Assembly (NCBI GenBank): GCA_965228485.1
Contig: OZ245819.1
Coordinates: 150,001-182,000, forward strand
Reading direction: 5' to 3'
DNA length: 32,000 nt
Source: Candidatus Saccharimonadota bacterium
GTDB taxonomy: Bacteria; Patescibacteriota; Gracilibacteria; UBA4473
Shown: positions 31,866 to 32,000 of the stretch, one piece after another
Numbering within the stretch: the stretch's first letter is position 1
How the letters are laid out: every line of letters starts with the position of its first letter
Notes under the pieces: model-generated
Told to the model about the DNA's origin: nothing
Databases searched by the model: none
Seen by the model: only the letters and a program-made list of their open reading frames with translations
Translations under genes and position numbers: made by a program

Positions 31866-32000
31866 CTAGGTACGAACGATAAAACTCGTCAGCTTTGTAA
31901 ATACATACAAAACCACCAGACTCAGAATGATCCCGCTACTGGCTGGAATATCAAAGTAAAAAGAACTTGTAACTCCAACTAAGACCGCTGAAATATTGGA
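31866..32000 (-). CDS. Partial CDS (C-terminal 44 codons) of a membrane protein, possibly an ABC-3-type metal ABC transporter permease
   Basis: The minus strand reads '...SNISAVLVGVTSSFYFDIPASSGIILSLVVLYVFTKLTSFIVRT*' with TAG at 31866-31868 and runs off the window edge. The resemblance to ZnuB/MntB-type C-termini ('..Y.D.PSG..I') is modest. Confidence 0.4.
   Translation of the reverse strand, partial: SNISAVLVGVTSSFYFDIPASSGIILSLVVLYVFTKLTSFIVRT

Noticed and set aside
1-32000. A search by eye for CRISPR arrays, rRNA genes, IS elements or transposases, integrases, and long direct or inverted repeats.
   Set aside because: I found none. The only repeats seen are the short tRNA-trailer elements, the 11-mer flanking tRNA-Pro and the T8G9 homopolymer.

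Overview
This is a gene-dense, low-GC bacterial chromosomal segment with about 37 CDS, 3 tRNAs and one gene remnant. I found no rRNA, CRISPR array, transposase or integrase. Recognisable housekeeping genes are ybaB, mltG, a CsaB-like pyruvyl transferase, a TrmH-family methyltransferase, a stand-alone C-terminal-half carB homologue, mscS, an AI-2E transporter, clpB (behind a perfect CIRCE operator), an SPFH protein, nrnA, a LysE exporter, eno, galU, trxA and msrA. The tRNAs are tRNA-Leu(CAA), tRNA-Pro(UGG) and tRNA-Ser(GCU). Many short orphan proteins, an LPXTG surface protein and membrane-anchored cupredoxin and MsrA suggest a small-genome uncultivated lineage (CPR/Patescibacteria-like), but that is inference only. 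The best candidate for an undescribed system is a strongly AT-rich two-gene cassette at 29.7-31.5 kb, between msrA and the 3' end of tRNA-Ser. It encodes a TIR-domain protein with an intact WCxxE glutamate, followed 6 nt later by a 374-aa protein with no recognisable domain, hydrophobic segments and a C-terminal coiled coil. This looks like a Thoeris-like defence module with a novel partner. Other notable signals: (1) a conserved, covarying RNA-like element downstream of two different tRNAs; (2) an SLH-domain gene remnant broken at a T8G9 homopolymer; (3) a divergent, long peptide-deformylase-like protein; (4) no TGA stop codon in any of the 37 CDS; and (5) frequent promoter -10 boxes 5-9 nt from start codons with no Shine-Dalgarno motifs, implying leaderless mRNAs.
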